From: Nitrospirota bacterium
GTDB taxonomy: Bacteria; Nitrospirota; UBA9217
Direction: 5' to 3'
Length of the DNA stretch: 64,000 nt
Assembly: GCA_963845065.1 (NCBI GenBank)
Contig: CAWJQQ010000001.1
Span: 928,001-992,000, forward strand
Part shown: positions 20,409 through 32,297 of the stretch, in pieces
Numbering within the stretch: position 1 is the stretch's first letter
Layout of the letters: each line of letters begins with the position of its first letter
Notes under the pieces: generated by a model
What the model saw: the letters and a program-made list of their open reading frames with translations, nothing else
What the model was told of the DNA's origin: nothing
Databases searched by the model: none
Translations under genes and position numbers: made by a program

Positions 20409-20690
20409 GTTAGGTCAATAAACTATGAGTCCATCAAGCGGAGTTAAATTAGAGCTTGTGCGACGAGAAACAGCAAGAGGTGCTTTTTCAATGGATAGGT
20501 TGTCAACGGTTGATATACAATGCTAAGGCCGACGAAGACCATTGTTTCCACATGTTCCGTAACCACGCTTTCGCTAAAAAGGGTATCGAGGCTGTAATAC
20601 GAAGGACAACCGGTCGGATTTGTCCGGCCCGCCTTAGAAAAATAGAGCGTAAAACGCCCCAAGCTTTAGCGGTTGCAGTGCATCAAAGTG
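20409..20690 (+). mobile_element. IS200/IS605 tnpB remnant (N-terminus plus end hairpin; internal deletion)
   Basis: Frameshifted SGVKLR..T..QQEVLFQWIGCQRLIYNAK matches the TnpB N-terminal HTH; end-like GCCCCAAGCTTTAGCGG at about 20655. Confidence 0.65.
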
Positions 20691-20721
20691 AGTGAACTGG
20701 GTCGGTTGAATAGCTCTGGGT

Positions 20722-21174
20722 TTACGCGTTGAATTCCGTGCCGCTCTCACCGAGGTTTTTCATCCATGTGTCGATCATAGTTGAATCCTGTTTTGCAATC
20801 ACGTCTTCCTCAACGAAGACAGGTGCCCCGATACGGATTGCGATGGCGATTGCGTCGCTGGGTCGGGAATCGATATGTAACTCTTTGTTGTTGTGGAGCA
20901 GATAGAGCGATGCATAGAAGGTGTTGTCGATTAGGTCGCTTATGACCACTCGGGCGATTTCAACGTCAAGGCGGTCGAACATGCTGACGATCAGGTCATG
21001 GGTGAGAGGACGGGCGGCTTTGACGTTGCTTAATGCCATAGCTATGGAATTACCCTCTGCTGCCCCAATCCAGATAGGGAGTATCTTTTTTCCCGATTCA
21101 TCCTTCAGCACGACGATGTAACTACTGTTCCGGCTATCGAAAAGAATCGTATTTACATTCATCTGGATCCACAT
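20722..21174 (-). CDS. Bifunctional nuclease family protein (DUF151)
   Basis: LPIWIG..E, RPLTHDL, FYA.L, IDSRPSDAIAIA. Confidence 0.92.
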   Translation of the reverse strand: MWIQMNVNTILFDSRNSSYIVVLKDESGKKILPIWIGAAEGNSIAMALSNVKAARPLTHDLIVSMFDRLDVEIARVVISDLIDNTFYASLYLLHNNKELHIDSRPSDAIAIAIRIGAPVFVEEDVIAKQDSTMIDTWMKNLGESGTEFNA

Positions 21175-21304
21175 CGTGACGCTCCGTTTGTATAGATAAA
21201 ATACCACACCCTAAAAGGCAAGTAAAGGGATTATTTTATTGACTTTTTTCAAAGATACGATATACTTTCTTGCCTGAAAACTGAGAAGGAAACGCAAATC
21301 ATTA

Positions 21305-22969
21305 ATGAAGCAAACGCTCACTGAAATCCTGCTCCAAGCCCTCAAAAGGGCTAAAGAAAAAGGCGAACTAAAGCTCGAATCACAGCCGGCAATTACGCTT
21401 GATACACCCCGGGAAAAAAGCCACGGTGATCTTGCCACGACACTTGCCATGACGCTGGTAAAATCAGAAGCTAAAGCACCGCGTAAAATCGCTGAGATCA
21501 TCGTCAACAATATTCAAGATGAAGACGGAATCATTGAGAAAACTGAAATAGCGGGCGCAGGTTTTATCAATTTCGTCCTTCGACAAGACCGCTGGAAAAA
21601 GACACTCTTCGAGATAGATGCGGCTGGCGACACCTACGGGCTTCAAGATATTGGCAAGGGTGAGAAAGTTCTTGTTGAATTCGTCAGTGCGAATCCAACA
21701 GGACCGCTCCACGTTGGCCACGGACGCGGCGCTGCGGTGGGAGATGCGCTTGCAAACTTGCTTGCGGCTGTGGGATATGATGTCTCTCGAGAGTTTTATA
21801 TAAATGATGCCGGACGGCAGGTACGCCTTCTCGCGCTGTCCGTATACGCCCGCTATCAGCAGGCGCTTGGCAACGAATTCCTCTTCCCTGAGGACGGTTA
21901 CCACGGTAGCTATATTGAGGAGATCGCCCAGGGGTTTTTGAAGTCACACGGTAACACATTTCTGAATATTCCTTTTGAGCAATGCGAACGTCAGTTCGGG
22001 GATTACAGCAAGGACGCCATGCTAGCAGATATCCGGATTGACTTGGAAGCTTTTGGTGTTCGTTTTGACAACTGGTTCAGTGAGGCTTCACTGCTTTCGG
22101 ACGGCTCGGTTCAGCAGTCCCTCGGCGAATTAATGAAGAGCCGGAACCTTTATGAGCAGGATGGGGCTTTGTGGTTTCGTTCCACTGCATACGGTGATGA
22201 TAAAGACCGGGTCGTGGTGAAAAAGGACAAGAGTTACACATATCTAGCGACGGATATCGCCTATCACCGAAACAAGATGGCCCGGGGTTTCAAAGCGCTC
22301 GTCAATATCTGGGGGGCAGACCATCACGGTTATATCCCCCGACTGCAGGCCGTGATTCAAGCCTTCGGGCATGCAAAGACTTCGCTCCGTGTCGTGCTGG
22401 TACAACTTGTGGTGATCCTGAGGCACGGTAAGCCAGCGCCCATGTCCAAACGGGCAGGGACTTTTGTGACGCTCCGAGATGTTGTTCAGGATGTTGGAAG
22501 CGATGCTGCACGATATATTTTTCTCACACGACGGTCTGACAGCCACTTGGACTTCAATCTTGATATTGCCAAGGAGCAGTCCCGGGAAAACCCGGTTTAC
22601 TACGTGCAATACGCACACGCGAGGTTGGCAAGCCTGTTCCGAGAAGCGGAAACAAGAAAGTTGACAATACCTAAAAGCGACTTAGTCGATTTGTCGCTGT
22701 TTGACCTCGAGGAAGAACATAACATCATCAAGATGCTTGCGAAATACCCAGAGGTCATCGAGGAATCCGCGCTGTCCTATGAACCACATCGGCTGACTTT
22801 TTACCTTCAGGATCTGGCTGGGCTACTGCATAATTACTATTTCAAACACCGGGTGATCACCGATGATTTGGACAGGACCGCTAACAAACTGTTTCTGATG
22901 AAGCAGGTCAAGACGGTGATCCAAAGCGCGCTCAAGATACTTGGTGTCATGGCACCGGAGAGAATGTGA
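21305..22969 (+). CDS. argS: Arginine-tRNA ligase
   Basis: EFVSANPTGPLHVGHGR, WGADHHGY, MSKRAG, YVQYAHAR, APERM. Confidence 0.98.
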   Translation: MKQTLTEILLQALKRAKEKGELKLESQPAITLDTPREKSHGDLATTLAMTLVKSEAKAPRKIAEIIVNNIQDEDGIIEKTEIAGAGFINFVLRQDRWKKTLFEIDAAGDTYGLQDIGKGEKVLVEFVSANPTGPLHVGHGRGAAVGDALANLLAAVGYDVSREFYINDAGRQVRLLALSVYARYQQALGNEFLFPEDGYHGSYIEEIAQGFLKSHGNTFLNIPFEQCERQFGDYSKDAMLADIRIDLEAFGVRFDNWFSEASLLSDGSVQQSLGELMKSRNLYEQDGALWFRSTAYGDDKDRVVVKKDKSYTYLATDIAYHRNKMARGFKALVNIWGADHHGYIPRLQAVIQAFGHAKTSLRVVLVQLVVILRHGKPAPMSKRAGTFVTLRDVVQDVGSDAARYIFLTRRSDSHLDFNLDIAKEQSRENPVYYVQYAHARLASLFREAETRKLTIPKSDLVDLSLFDLEEEHNIIKMLAKYPEVIEESALSYEPHRLTFYLQDLAGLLHNYYFKHRVITDDLDRTANKLFLMKQVKTVIQSALKILGVMAPERM

Positions 22970-23064
22970 AGATTGCGAATTGCGAAATGCGGATGATGAA
23001 GTGTAACATCGAAAATATTAATATGTTGTTTAATTAGGAATCCACAAGTCGAAATTCGAAATAA

Positions 23065-24189
<1,125 letters not shown>

Positions 24190-24428
24190 TAACGAGGTAA
24201 GGTGGAGTACAGCGAATTGTGGATAAGCAATCAGTGTCAGGTTTTATAACAGGGAATTATATCTCCTAGTTTGCTTCGGGAACATTATGAGATGAAAACG
24301 AACAAAGCGAATTTACTCAATTTTTTCCTGTTAGAAGTTTTTTAAGATTCTACATTTTCAGTGCATTCATGTTTTCATGGTAGAAATGATTGGTTTTCTG
24401 AATTCGATTTATTTATAGGAGGAAGAAC

Positions 24429-24764
24429 ATGTTTATAGCAACAGCATATGCAATGGGAGCACCGGGAGGTTCGGCGGCCCAGGGAGGCGGGGGAGGGTTC
24501 TCAAGCCTCATCATGATGGCCGTCATTTTCGCGATTTTCTATTTCATTCTGATAAGGCCACAGCAGAAGAAGATGAAAGAACACAAAAAAATGGTCGAAG
24601 AGTTGAAAAAAGGCGACCGAATCGTTACCTCTGGCGGCATGTACGCTACGGTTGAAAACGCCACGCCTGAAACTCTGACGGTAAAGATCGCCGAAGGCGT
24701 CAAAGTGAAGATCACGCGCGGGTCTGTGGGCGCGGTGGTGAAGCCTGAGGATGAAAAAGAATAG
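24429..24764 (+). CDS. yajC: Preprotein translocase subunit YajC
   Basis: FYFILIRPQQKK, LKKGDRIVTSGG; tgt-yajC-secD order. Confidence 0.95.
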   Translation: MFIATAYAMGAPGGSAAQGGGGGFSSLIMMAVIFAIFYFILIRPQQKKMKEHKKMVEELKKGDRIVTSGGMYATVENATPETLTVKIAEGVKVKITRGSVGAVVKPEDEKE

Positions 24765-24899
24765 AGCATCGTAACCCTTTCTTACCGGAAAGGTCGCAAA
24801 AAAATGCAGGAGATATGGCATTCAGGATGCATTATCTTGCATTTTCGGCGATTTTCAAGGTAAGTATTTTGAGCTAAGGTTCAGCAGGAGGCAAGGATA

Positions 24900-26474
24900 A
24901 TGAAGAAAAGCATTCAGTGGAGACTTGCGATCATCGTATTATCGGTCCTGATCGCGCTGTTTTTATTTCTACCGTCGACGCCACTATCGCCGGAACTGCC
25001 GGAGTGGTGGCATCTAAGCGTTCCCAAGATATCGCTTGGACTTGATCTGCGGGGTGGCAGCTTCCTCATAATGCAGGTGGAAACGGACAAAGCTGTCGAA
25101 TCGTCTGTCGATAATATTGTTGCGGATCTTCAGACAACGGCTGCGGCACAGCAGCTCGCGGTCACTTTCAATAGAGCTGGCCAGGACATCATGGCAAAAT
25201 TCAGCGAAACGCTTGAAGATAAAGTGGAGAAACTTATCAAGGACAGCTACGCTATCCTCGATCTCAAGTTCCAGGACAAGGGTGAGTTGCTCTATAGCTT
25301 GAAGCCTGTAGAGGTGAGGCGATTGATAGAATCGGCGGTACAACAGGCTCTTGAGCGTACCCGTCGGAGGGTGGACAAGTACGGCGTTGCGGAACCTCAG
25401 ATCTATAAACAGGAAAACGACCAGATCGCACTCCAGCTTCCCGGTGTAAAAAATCCACAAGAGGCCATCGCCTTCATCAAGACGGCGGGCAGACTCGAGT
25501 TCAAGCTGGTTGATTCCGATTCTGATGACCTGCAGAAGGCTCTTGCCGGCAAGCCTCCGGAAGGGACCGAGATCCTTTATGAAGAGCGGGAAGATGAAAG
25601 CGGCAAGATCTCGAAACAGCCGGTCCTGGTCTACAGTAAGACGCTGTTGACCGGCGATCGCCTGAAGGAAGCCAGGGTAGGGATCGACCAGTACAATAAG
25701 CCGGCGATCTCCATTTCCTTCGACAGTGAAGGTGCCAAGATTTTCGATCGTGTCACGGGCGAGGACGTAGGTAAGCAGCTTGCGATCGTGCTTGACGGTG
25801 TAGTGCAATCGGCGCCACGAATTCAGGACCGGATCAGCGGAGGCAATGCCCAGATCACAGGGAATTTTACGAACGACGAAGCTGCGAAACTAGCCATAGT
25901 TCTGCGGGAATCGCTCCCGGCGCCGGTAAAGATTATCCAGAACATTACTGTCGGTCCGTCACTCGGCCAGGACTCTATTGAAAAAGGAGTCCATGCGGCG
26001 GTTGTCGGAGGACTTATCGTCATCCTCTTCATGGTTGTGTACTACCGCCTGTCGGGGCTCATTGCCGATTATGCCATCGTTTTGAACCTTGTCCTGCTTC
26101 TCGGAGCGATGGCGCTTTTGAACGCCACACTCACTCTGCCCGGTATTGCCGGCATCATCCTCACCATCGGTATGGGCGTGGATTCGAATGTGCTTATGTT
26201 CGAGCGCATTCGTGAGGAGGTCCGCGCAGGCAAACAGCCGCGTCCGGCTGTTGATGCCGGGTACGATAAGGCGTTTCTCACAATTCTCGATTCGCACGTG
26301 ACGACGCTCATCACTGCAGCAGTGTTGTTCATGTTCGGTACGGGACCCATTAAAGGCTTTGCCGTTTCGCTCAGCCTCGGTATTATCATCAACCTGTATT
26401 CTGCTCTGGTGGGTACGAAGGTGATATTCGACATCATCAATGCTCGGTGGAAGCTGGAGAAACTGAGTATTTAA
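24900..26474 (+). CDS. secD: Protein translocase subunit SecD
   Basis: LGLDLRGG, VGPSLG, LTLPGIAGIILTIGMGVDSNVL.FERIREE, GTGPIKGFA. Confidence 0.97.
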   Translation: MKKSIQWRLAIIVLSVLIALFLFLPSTPLSPELPEWWHLSVPKISLGLDLRGGSFLIMQVETDKAVESSVDNIVADLQTTAAAQQLAVTFNRAGQDIMAKFSETLEDKVEKLIKDSYAILDLKFQDKGELLYSLKPVEVRRLIESAVQQALERTRRRVDKYGVAEPQIYKQENDQIALQLPGVKNPQEAIAFIKTAGRLEFKLVDSDSDDLQKALAGKPPEGTEILYEEREDESGKISKQPVLVYSKTLLTGDRLKEARVGIDQYNKPAISISFDSEGAKIFDRVTGEDVGKQLAIVLDGVVQSAPRIQDRISGGNAQITGNFTNDEAAKLAIVLRESLPAPVKIIQNITVGPSLGQDSIEKGVHAAVVGGLIVILFMVVYYRLSGLIADYAIVLNLVLLLGAMALLNATLTLPGIAGIILTIGMGVDSNVLMFERIREEVRAGKQPRPAVDAGYDKAFLTILDSHVTTLITAAVLFMFGTGPIKGFAVSLSLGIIINLYSALVGTKVIFDIINARWKLEKLSI

Positions 26475-26604
26475 CGAAAATAACACATTACTGAAGATAG
26501 TGCAGAGAAATAAAACCAATACCTAAAGGCCAAGATTCAAAACGCAAGCTATCTCAGCGATTGTCGCGGGGAAAAAGACTTTTTGGAATACTTTGGAGGG
26601 AGCG

Positions 26605-27513
26605 ATGCTTCAAATTTTGCATAAAACCAATATCGATTTCATGGGATGGAAGAACATATCCTTTACGTTCTCCTCCCTTCTCATCATTCTCGGTCTCATA
26701 GGGGTGGTGCAGGTGGCGCGCGGTAAAGCGAACCTTGGCATCGACTTCGTGGGCGGCACCACAGTACAGCTCAGTTTCAAAGAACCTGTGGCCATTGACA
26801 AGGCCCGCGCTGCGCTCGAGAAGAGCGGCTTTCATGGATCAACAATCCAGCAGGTTGGCGAGGGTGGGAACCAAATCCTGATCAAGCTCAGGGAATCGGA
26901 AGGTGCATCGGACAAGGTCCAAACCATGTTCAAGCAGGAATTCTCGGCTAATCCCTTTGAAGTCATCAGCATCCAGGAGATTGGGCCGGTGATCGGCCAG
27001 TCGCTCCAACGGCAGGCGTTGTGGGCGATCACGATTTCTATCATCGCGATTATCATCTATATCGCTTTCAGGTTTCAATTCAAGTTCGGCGTCGCAGCAG
27101 CCATCGCGACGGTGCATGACGTTCTTGCCGTTTTCGGCATCTTCTATATTCTGCACAAGGAGATCAACCTGCTAATCGTTACGGCGCTCCTGACGCTCGC
27201 CGGCTATTCACTGACAGACACAGTCGTGGTATTCGACCGGATCAGGGAAAACCTCAAGAAGAACAGGCGCGATCCCCTTTCAAAGATGGTAAACGACAGC
27301 ATCAACGAAGTGCTTTCTAGGACTATCATTACGTCGCTTACGGTGGTGCTCGTGCTCATTCCGCTCGTATTGTTCGGCGGCGATGTTCTCCATGAATTTT
27401 CCGTCGCGCTCCTCATGGGCGTGATCGTGGGAACTTATTCATCTGTGTTCGTTGCAAGCCCGATTCTGGTGGTGTGGCATGCCAAGGCGGGCGGCAGACT
27501 CATCTCGAAATAG
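26605..27513 (+). CDS. secF: Protein translocase subunit SecF
   Basis: LGIDFVGG, HDV, GYSLTDTVVVFDRIRE, GTYSSVFVASP. Confidence 0.97.
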   Translation: MLQILHKTNIDFMGWKNISFTFSSLLIILGLIGVVQVARGKANLGIDFVGGTTVQLSFKEPVAIDKARAALEKSGFHGSTIQQVGEGGNQILIKLRESEGASDKVQTMFKQEFSANPFEVISIQEIGPVIGQSLQRQALWAITISIIAIIIYIAFRFQFKFGVAAAIATVHDVLAVFGIFYILHKEINLLIVTALLTLAGYSLTDTVVVFDRIRENLKKNRRDPLSKMVNDSINEVLSRTIITSLTVVLVLIPLVLFGGDVLHEFSVALLMGVIVGTYSSVFVASPILVVWHAKAGGRLISK

Positions 27514-27550
27514 ATTGGACTGTTTCTATAACTTAGATAAAAAAAATAAA

Positions 27551-27583
27551 AGGACACGAATTTCGTTCTGGAATTCGTGTCCT
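27551..27583. terminator. 12-bp perfect inverted repeat downstream of secF
   Basis: AGGACACGAATT / AATTCGTGTCCT, preceded by an A-rich tract. Confidence 0.5.
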
Positions 27584-27602
27584 AATTGTCTTATACTAGT
27601 AA

Positions 27603-28295
27603 ATGACTTTGCACAATCAACCGTTACCCATTTCTTCCGTAAAAATTGCAGGTACGGATGCGAAAGTACTTTCAGACATCGACGTGTTGCAGCTGTCTTG
27701 CGGTATTTACGGCTGTACGTCCAATTGCTGCACCAAGAGCGCTCCAATCATCCTGAACCCCTATGAAATTGCACTCATCTGCCGGGAAAGCAGGAAGAGT
27801 TACGAGGATCTCCTCGATATTGTTGAAACGGACCGGGCAAATGGTTTCCCAATCGTCATGTTGCCACGTGATCCTGCTTGCTACTTTTGGACAGGGAAAG
27901 GATGTCGCATATACCAGGCGCGGCCGCTCGCGTGTAGACTGTTCCCACTCGGCAGGGTGTTCGACAGTGGCCAGTCCCACATCGTGCTGCCACCACTCAA
28001 TGTCTGCTCAGGACTTGTGTCTTCGCCTAAAAAAAACGTAGGGGATTATCTACGAGAGCAGGATACTTCCACATCTATTCAAATGGCTGACCGTTGGATC
28101 GAGTTCGTGAACGAGATAGAACTGCAGTCACTTCCCGATGTACCAGTCACTTCCATTGCATTCCATATGCTCGTGTATAGTCCTGACGCACCTCCTGCTG
28201 TGGGTCATGTTGATCCTATGTTGAACCTCGAAGATCGATTCCTCTTACGTCTGGCTACTGCACGAAAACAGCTTCCCAGTTTTTTAACTCGTTGA
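27603..28295 (+). CDS. YkgJ family Cys-cluster (Fe-S/Zn) protein
   Basis: C....CTSNCC, CYF....CRIYQARPLACRLFPL. Confidence 0.85.
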   Translation: MTLHNQPLPISSVKIAGTDAKVLSDIDVLQLSCGIYGCTSNCCTKSAPIILNPYEIALICRESRKSYEDLLDIVETDRANGFPIVMLPRDPACYFWTGKGCRIYQARPLACRLFPLGRVFDSGQSHIVLPPLNVCSGLVSSPKKNVGDYLREQDTSTSIQMADRWIEFVNEIELQSLPDVPVTSIAFHMLVYSPDAPPAVGHVDPMLNLEDRFLLRLATARKQLPSFLTR

Positions 28296-28628
28296 TTATT
28301 AATGTTCTACCGCGTAGCCATGCAAGAGCCCTAAGGCCTGGCATTCCAATGGGGTGATGCGCATTCTCTTGGTTACCAGGGGGTTCATTAACCGGCAAGT
28401 GAAAATATTCGAAGCGATTTTCGTCCCAACCGAACTCCCGCACAAGGTGTTAGAAGTTTTTGACGGGTCGGCTGGTTGAAGTGAACAGGAATTAATTACC
28501 TTTTTTTGCTGAACACTGCTTTTTCTCCCATCTCTTAACATATGTTGACATGACCATACGCAGCCTATATTATATACCAACAGCGTTTTTATAGAATCAT
28601 GTAATGAATTAATTTGTGGGGAATAGCC

Positions 28629-31052
28629 ATGATTTTATACCGTAAGATTATTCCGGTGCTTCTCCTGTTATTCATATCGGCATGTGGTCCGAAGAAGGTT
28701 ATTCCGATTGATAGCGCCGGTGGTATGGGAGCCCTTCGCTCCAAGCCAAAATCTCTCGCACAACAATATTCAGTGGCCGTACGTCTAAAAGACCCAGAAC
28801 TGGGTCTTAGGAACGCTCTTGATGCTTTGCAGGCAGGAAATTATAACACTGCGTTCCTTTTTTCGAAGCGTGTAGCGGAACGGTATCCCGGGACTGTCTG
28901 GTATAAACGTTCCCTTTTTGTGTCCGAACAGGCCCTGATTCAACTCGATCGCGCATCAGAAGCCGATGCAGCCATGCTTCGCGTCTGTGATGAATATCCA
29001 GAGCTAGCCGATTACGCAGTTTATTTGCTGGCAGACTATCATTATTCCAAGGCCCAGTATAGTCAGGCTGTTGCCCTCTATGAGGTCGTGATGGATAAAT
29101 ATCCCCGGAGCGCCGTCGCAGTCAGAGCGGCATACCGCCGGGGCCTCGCTCTTCACGCCTCCTCATCTTATCTTCCCGCCATCGACGCATTTAATAAGTT
29201 CCTAGAGGATTATCCACGGTCCGATCTGGCACCAGATGCAGGCATTGGGCTCGCGCGGGCATTGACCGCTGATGCGCAATTGGAGCGTGCCGTTCTAGCC
29301 TACCGTGACGTATGGATACGGCATTCTGGTACAGATGCGGATCAGGAAGCGGAACAGGCTCTCCAGGAATTGAAAGCCAGCGGAGTCCTGGTAACCGACT
29401 TCACGGCTGCCGAACTGTACGAACGAGGGGAAAATCTTTTCCGGCTGAATCAATACGATAAAACCGTAGAGGCGTTCACAAAGCTGCTCGAACGTGACCC
29501 GTCCTTTCCAAACCGCGCAGACGTGCTGTTCCGGATCGGCATATCGCTATTTAACCTCGCAAAGCGCGGCGAAGCCGCAGCGGTCCTGGAAAAGATGGTG
29601 CACGACTATCCTGCCGATGCCCGGACGCCGGAAGCGTTGTACTGGCTCGGTAAATCGTATAGTAAGCTTGGAGACTGGGATCGGAGCGTAAAGACGTTCC
29701 AGAAGGTCCTTGATCGTTTTCCAGGGAGTGAGTGGGCAGAAGACGCTTTGTTTCTTACCGGAAATATTTACCGAGAAGCAGGCGACATGAAGAAGGCGTT
29801 CCAAAATTACTCACGCCTTGAACAGGATTATCCGGACAGCAACTTCGCAGACAGCGCCATATGGTGGAGGGCCTGGTCACACTATACTGCCGGGGACTAT
29901 ATAAAAGCAGAACAAGCCCTGCAGGAACTGATCAGCAGATATCCTCGCTCCTTTCTGGTGAACCAGGCACGTTACTGGCAAGGTAGGGCTGCTGAAAAAA
30001 GGGGTGAGCTGGCCCGTGCGATAGGGTACTATGGACAGGTTCTTAAGAAAGGCCCATATACCTATTATGGGAACCGCGCCGCGGAGCGTAATCAACGGCT
30101 GGAGGCCGCTGGCACTGTCAGTAATGCCAACGATAAAACCAGTACCAAGCCTGGAACAATCTGCGTCAATATCTCCTGCTCTGAAGATATCTTAAGCTCC
30201 TTCGGGACCGATGACGGTCCTCCGGAATGGACTGAAGAGACGAAGCAAGTACTTGAAGCCAATCCTTCGTTCCAGAAAGCCTTCGAGCTAATGCAACTGG
30301 AATTGAATAAAGAGGCAGCGCAGGAACTGTGGACTCTTCAGGACACCATGCGGAGAAGGAATGGCATGCTCATCGGTCTCAGCAAAGCTTTTTTCAAACT
30401 TGGCGATTATAACCGTTCTCTCATACTAGTGCTTAAAAATTATGAGCAATATCTTCCGGCTCCGAATAAAGGAGTCTCTGAGGACCTGTGGCTGCTTGCT
30501 TATCCGCAGGGCTATTGGGAAAGCATTCTGTCCTATTGTCGGAAATACGGTCAGGACCCTTATTTCATCGCTGCCATTATCCGTGAGGAGAGCCAGTTTT
30601 CCCCCACTGCACTTTCTCCAACAGGGGCAAGAGGTCTGATGCAAGTGATGCCGACAACCGGGGAGCGTGCTGCGCATCTGATTAAACTCAAAAGTTTTGA
30701 TCGAGGGAAACTTTTCGAAATAGACACTGCAATCAATATAGGAACGTGGTACATCGGCCAATTGATGAAACGGTTCAAAAACGATCCGCTCCTTGTTGCG
30801 GCAGCGTATAACGCTGGGCCTGAGGCTGTGGATGCATGGCTCACAAAATACAATTACGAGGGAGACCGTGAGGCCTTTGTTGAGGAAATTCCCTTCGCCG
30901 AGACCCGAGGATATGTAAAAAAGGTGCTGCGAAATTACGCGGAGTACAAAAGGATATACGGCAAACCGAAGGTATCGACGGAAAGTACGCAGACCCAATA
31001 CTTAGACGGAACCGTGTCGAAAAAAACAGGAATGGACAGCCAAAATCCGTGA
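28629..31052 (+). CDS. TPR-repeat lipoprotein with C-terminal soluble lytic transglycosylase domain
   Basis: Lipobox ISAC; repeated YP.S..A TPR units; IREESQF, GARGLMQVMP, AYNAGP, ETRGYV. Confidence 0.92.
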   Translation: MILYRKIIPVLLLLFISACGPKKVIPIDSAGGMGALRSKPKSLAQQYSVAVRLKDPELGLRNALDALQAGNYNTAFLFSKRVAERYPGTVWYKRSLFVSEQALIQLDRASEADAAMLRVCDEYPELADYAVYLLADYHYSKAQYSQAVALYEVVMDKYPRSAVAVRAAYRRGLALHASSSYLPAIDAFNKFLEDYPRSDLAPDAGIGLARALTADAQLERAVLAYRDVWIRHSGTDADQEAEQALQELKASGVLVTDFTAAELYERGENLFRLNQYDKTVEAFTKLLERDPSFPNRADVLFRIGISLFNLAKRGEAAAVLEKMVHDYPADARTPEALYWLGKSYSKLGDWDRSVKTFQKVLDRFPGSEWAEDALFLTGNIYREAGDMKKAFQNYSRLEQDYPDSNFADSAIWWRAWSHYTAGDYIKAEQALQELISRYPRSFLVNQARYWQGRAAEKRGELARAIGYYGQVLKKGPYTYYGNRAAERNQRLEAAGTVSNANDKTSTKPGTICVNISCSEDILSSFGTDDGPPEWTEETKQVLEANPSFQKAFELMQLELNKEAAQELWTLQDTMRRRNGMLIGLSKAFFKLGDYNRSLILVLKNYEQYLPAPNKGVSEDLWLLAYPQGYWESILSYCRKYGQDPYFIAAIIREESQFSPTALSPTGARGLMQVMPTTGERAAHLIKLKSFDRGKLFEIDTAINIGTWYIGQLMKRFKNDPLLVAAAYNAGPEAVDAWLTKYNYEGDREAFVEEIPFAETRGYVKKVLRNYAEYKRIYGKPKVSTESTQTQYLDGTVSKKTGMDSQNP

Positions 31053-31109
31053 AATCCCGCGCGGGCGTGAGAGTTAGGTATGCAGGCTAGTCGGAGCGAG
31101 AAAAATTTG

Positions 31110-31334
31110 GTGAACAACCTTGAGGCACGTTTCGGCGTAATAGAAAAACGGGTGCGGGCGCTAGTTGAGGAAAACAATGATCTCAAGGCTCGCCTAAGCG
31201 AACTTGAGGAGGAACTGGTACAAGCGAAACGCGACGCTCAGGAGCTGGAACACTTTCATGGCAAGGTACTGCATATCCGGGAAAAAATCGAGAGGGTTCT
31301 GCAGCAACTCGATTCGGTCGGGACCAAGAAATAG
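31110..31334 (+). CDS. Small coiled-coil protein (ZapB-like)
   Basis: Heptad-rich short ORF ending REKIERVLQQLD. Confidence 0.5.
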   Translation: MNNLEARFGVIEKRVRALVEENNDLKARLSELEEELVQAKRDAQELEHFHGKVLHIREKIERVLQQLDSVGTKK

Positions 31335-31372
31335 GAAAGGAGCCGTCGGCTTGTAGTGTACATGATATTGAC

Positions 31373-32275
31373 ATGAGCCAAGATGATATTTATTATAAAA
31401 CGCTTCTCGAAAATCTTTATGACGGTGTCTATTTTGTGGATCGCGACCGGAATATCATGCGCTGGAGTAAAGGCGCAGAACGCATTACAGGATATACAGC
31501 TGCTGAAGTGCTCGGCAAATCCTGCTCTGACAATATACTCCTGCACGTGGATAAAGACGGGAATAGCCTGTGCTCGGAGATCTGCCCGCTTTTGAACACA
31601 ATAGACGATGGCAGAGACCGGAACGCTGAAGTCTATCTGCGCCATAAGGATGGGCATCGTGTTCCAATCAAGATGCACGTTGCCGCCATCCCTGATGAGA
31701 ATGGCTTGACCATCGGAGGCATTGAAGTCTTTACAGACAACACGCCGGCTGCAACTGCCCTCGAACGGCTTGCTGAACTCGAACGGATGGCTTATATTGA
31801 TGAGCTCACCGGGCTCGCAAACCGACGTTACGCTGAGATCACGTTAAGGTCGCGGATCGAGGAATTGCAGCGGTATGGGTGGCGATTCGGAGTTCTTTTT
31901 ATCGATATTGACCGCTTCAAAAACATCAATGATCGGTACGGTCACGACCTTGGCGACGAAGTGCTAAAGATGGTCGCCAAGACGCTCCAGAACAGCATCC
32001 GAGCCTTCGATGTCGTCAGCAGATGGGGAGGAGAAGAATATGTCATAGTAATCGCGCACGTGGAAGGCAACGAACTTATTACCACGGCAAACCGATGCCG
32101 GCTGCTCGTGGAGCGTTCCAGCATTGCGGCGGTTCCCGCGCTCCGGGTTACGATCTCCCTCGGTGCCACGCTCGCGCACATGGACGACAATGTTGAGTCG
32201 CTCGTAAAGCGGGTGGACACGCTCATGTATAAAAGTAAACAGGCAGGCAGAAACCGGTTGACGGTGGAAGAATAA
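31373..32275 (+). CDS. PAS-GGDEF diguanylate cyclase
   Basis: PAS domain (WSKGAERITGY); DELTGLANRR, DIDRFK.IND.YGH..GD, RAFD I-site, RWGGEEY. Confidence 0.93.
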   Translation: MSQDDIYYKTLLENLYDGVYFVDRDRNIMRWSKGAERITGYTAAEVLGKSCSDNILLHVDKDGNSLCSEICPLLNTIDDGRDRNAEVYLRHKDGHRVPIKMHVAAIPDENGLTIGGIEVFTDNTPAATALERLAELERMAYIDELTGLANRRYAEITLRSRIEELQRYGWRFGVLFIDIDRFKNINDRYGHDLGDEVLKMVAKTLQNSIRAFDVVSRWGGEEYVIVIAHVEGNELITTANRCRLLVERSSIAAVPALRVTISLGATLAHMDDNVESLVKRVDTLMYKSKQAGRNRLTVEE

Positions 32276-32297
32276 TCAGGAGCAGAGGGAATCATCT

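Noticed and set aside
28300..28500. Hairpin-rich spacer as a possible ncRNA or IS end
   Set aside because: Similarity to the IS605/HEARO-like motifs is too weak to support a call
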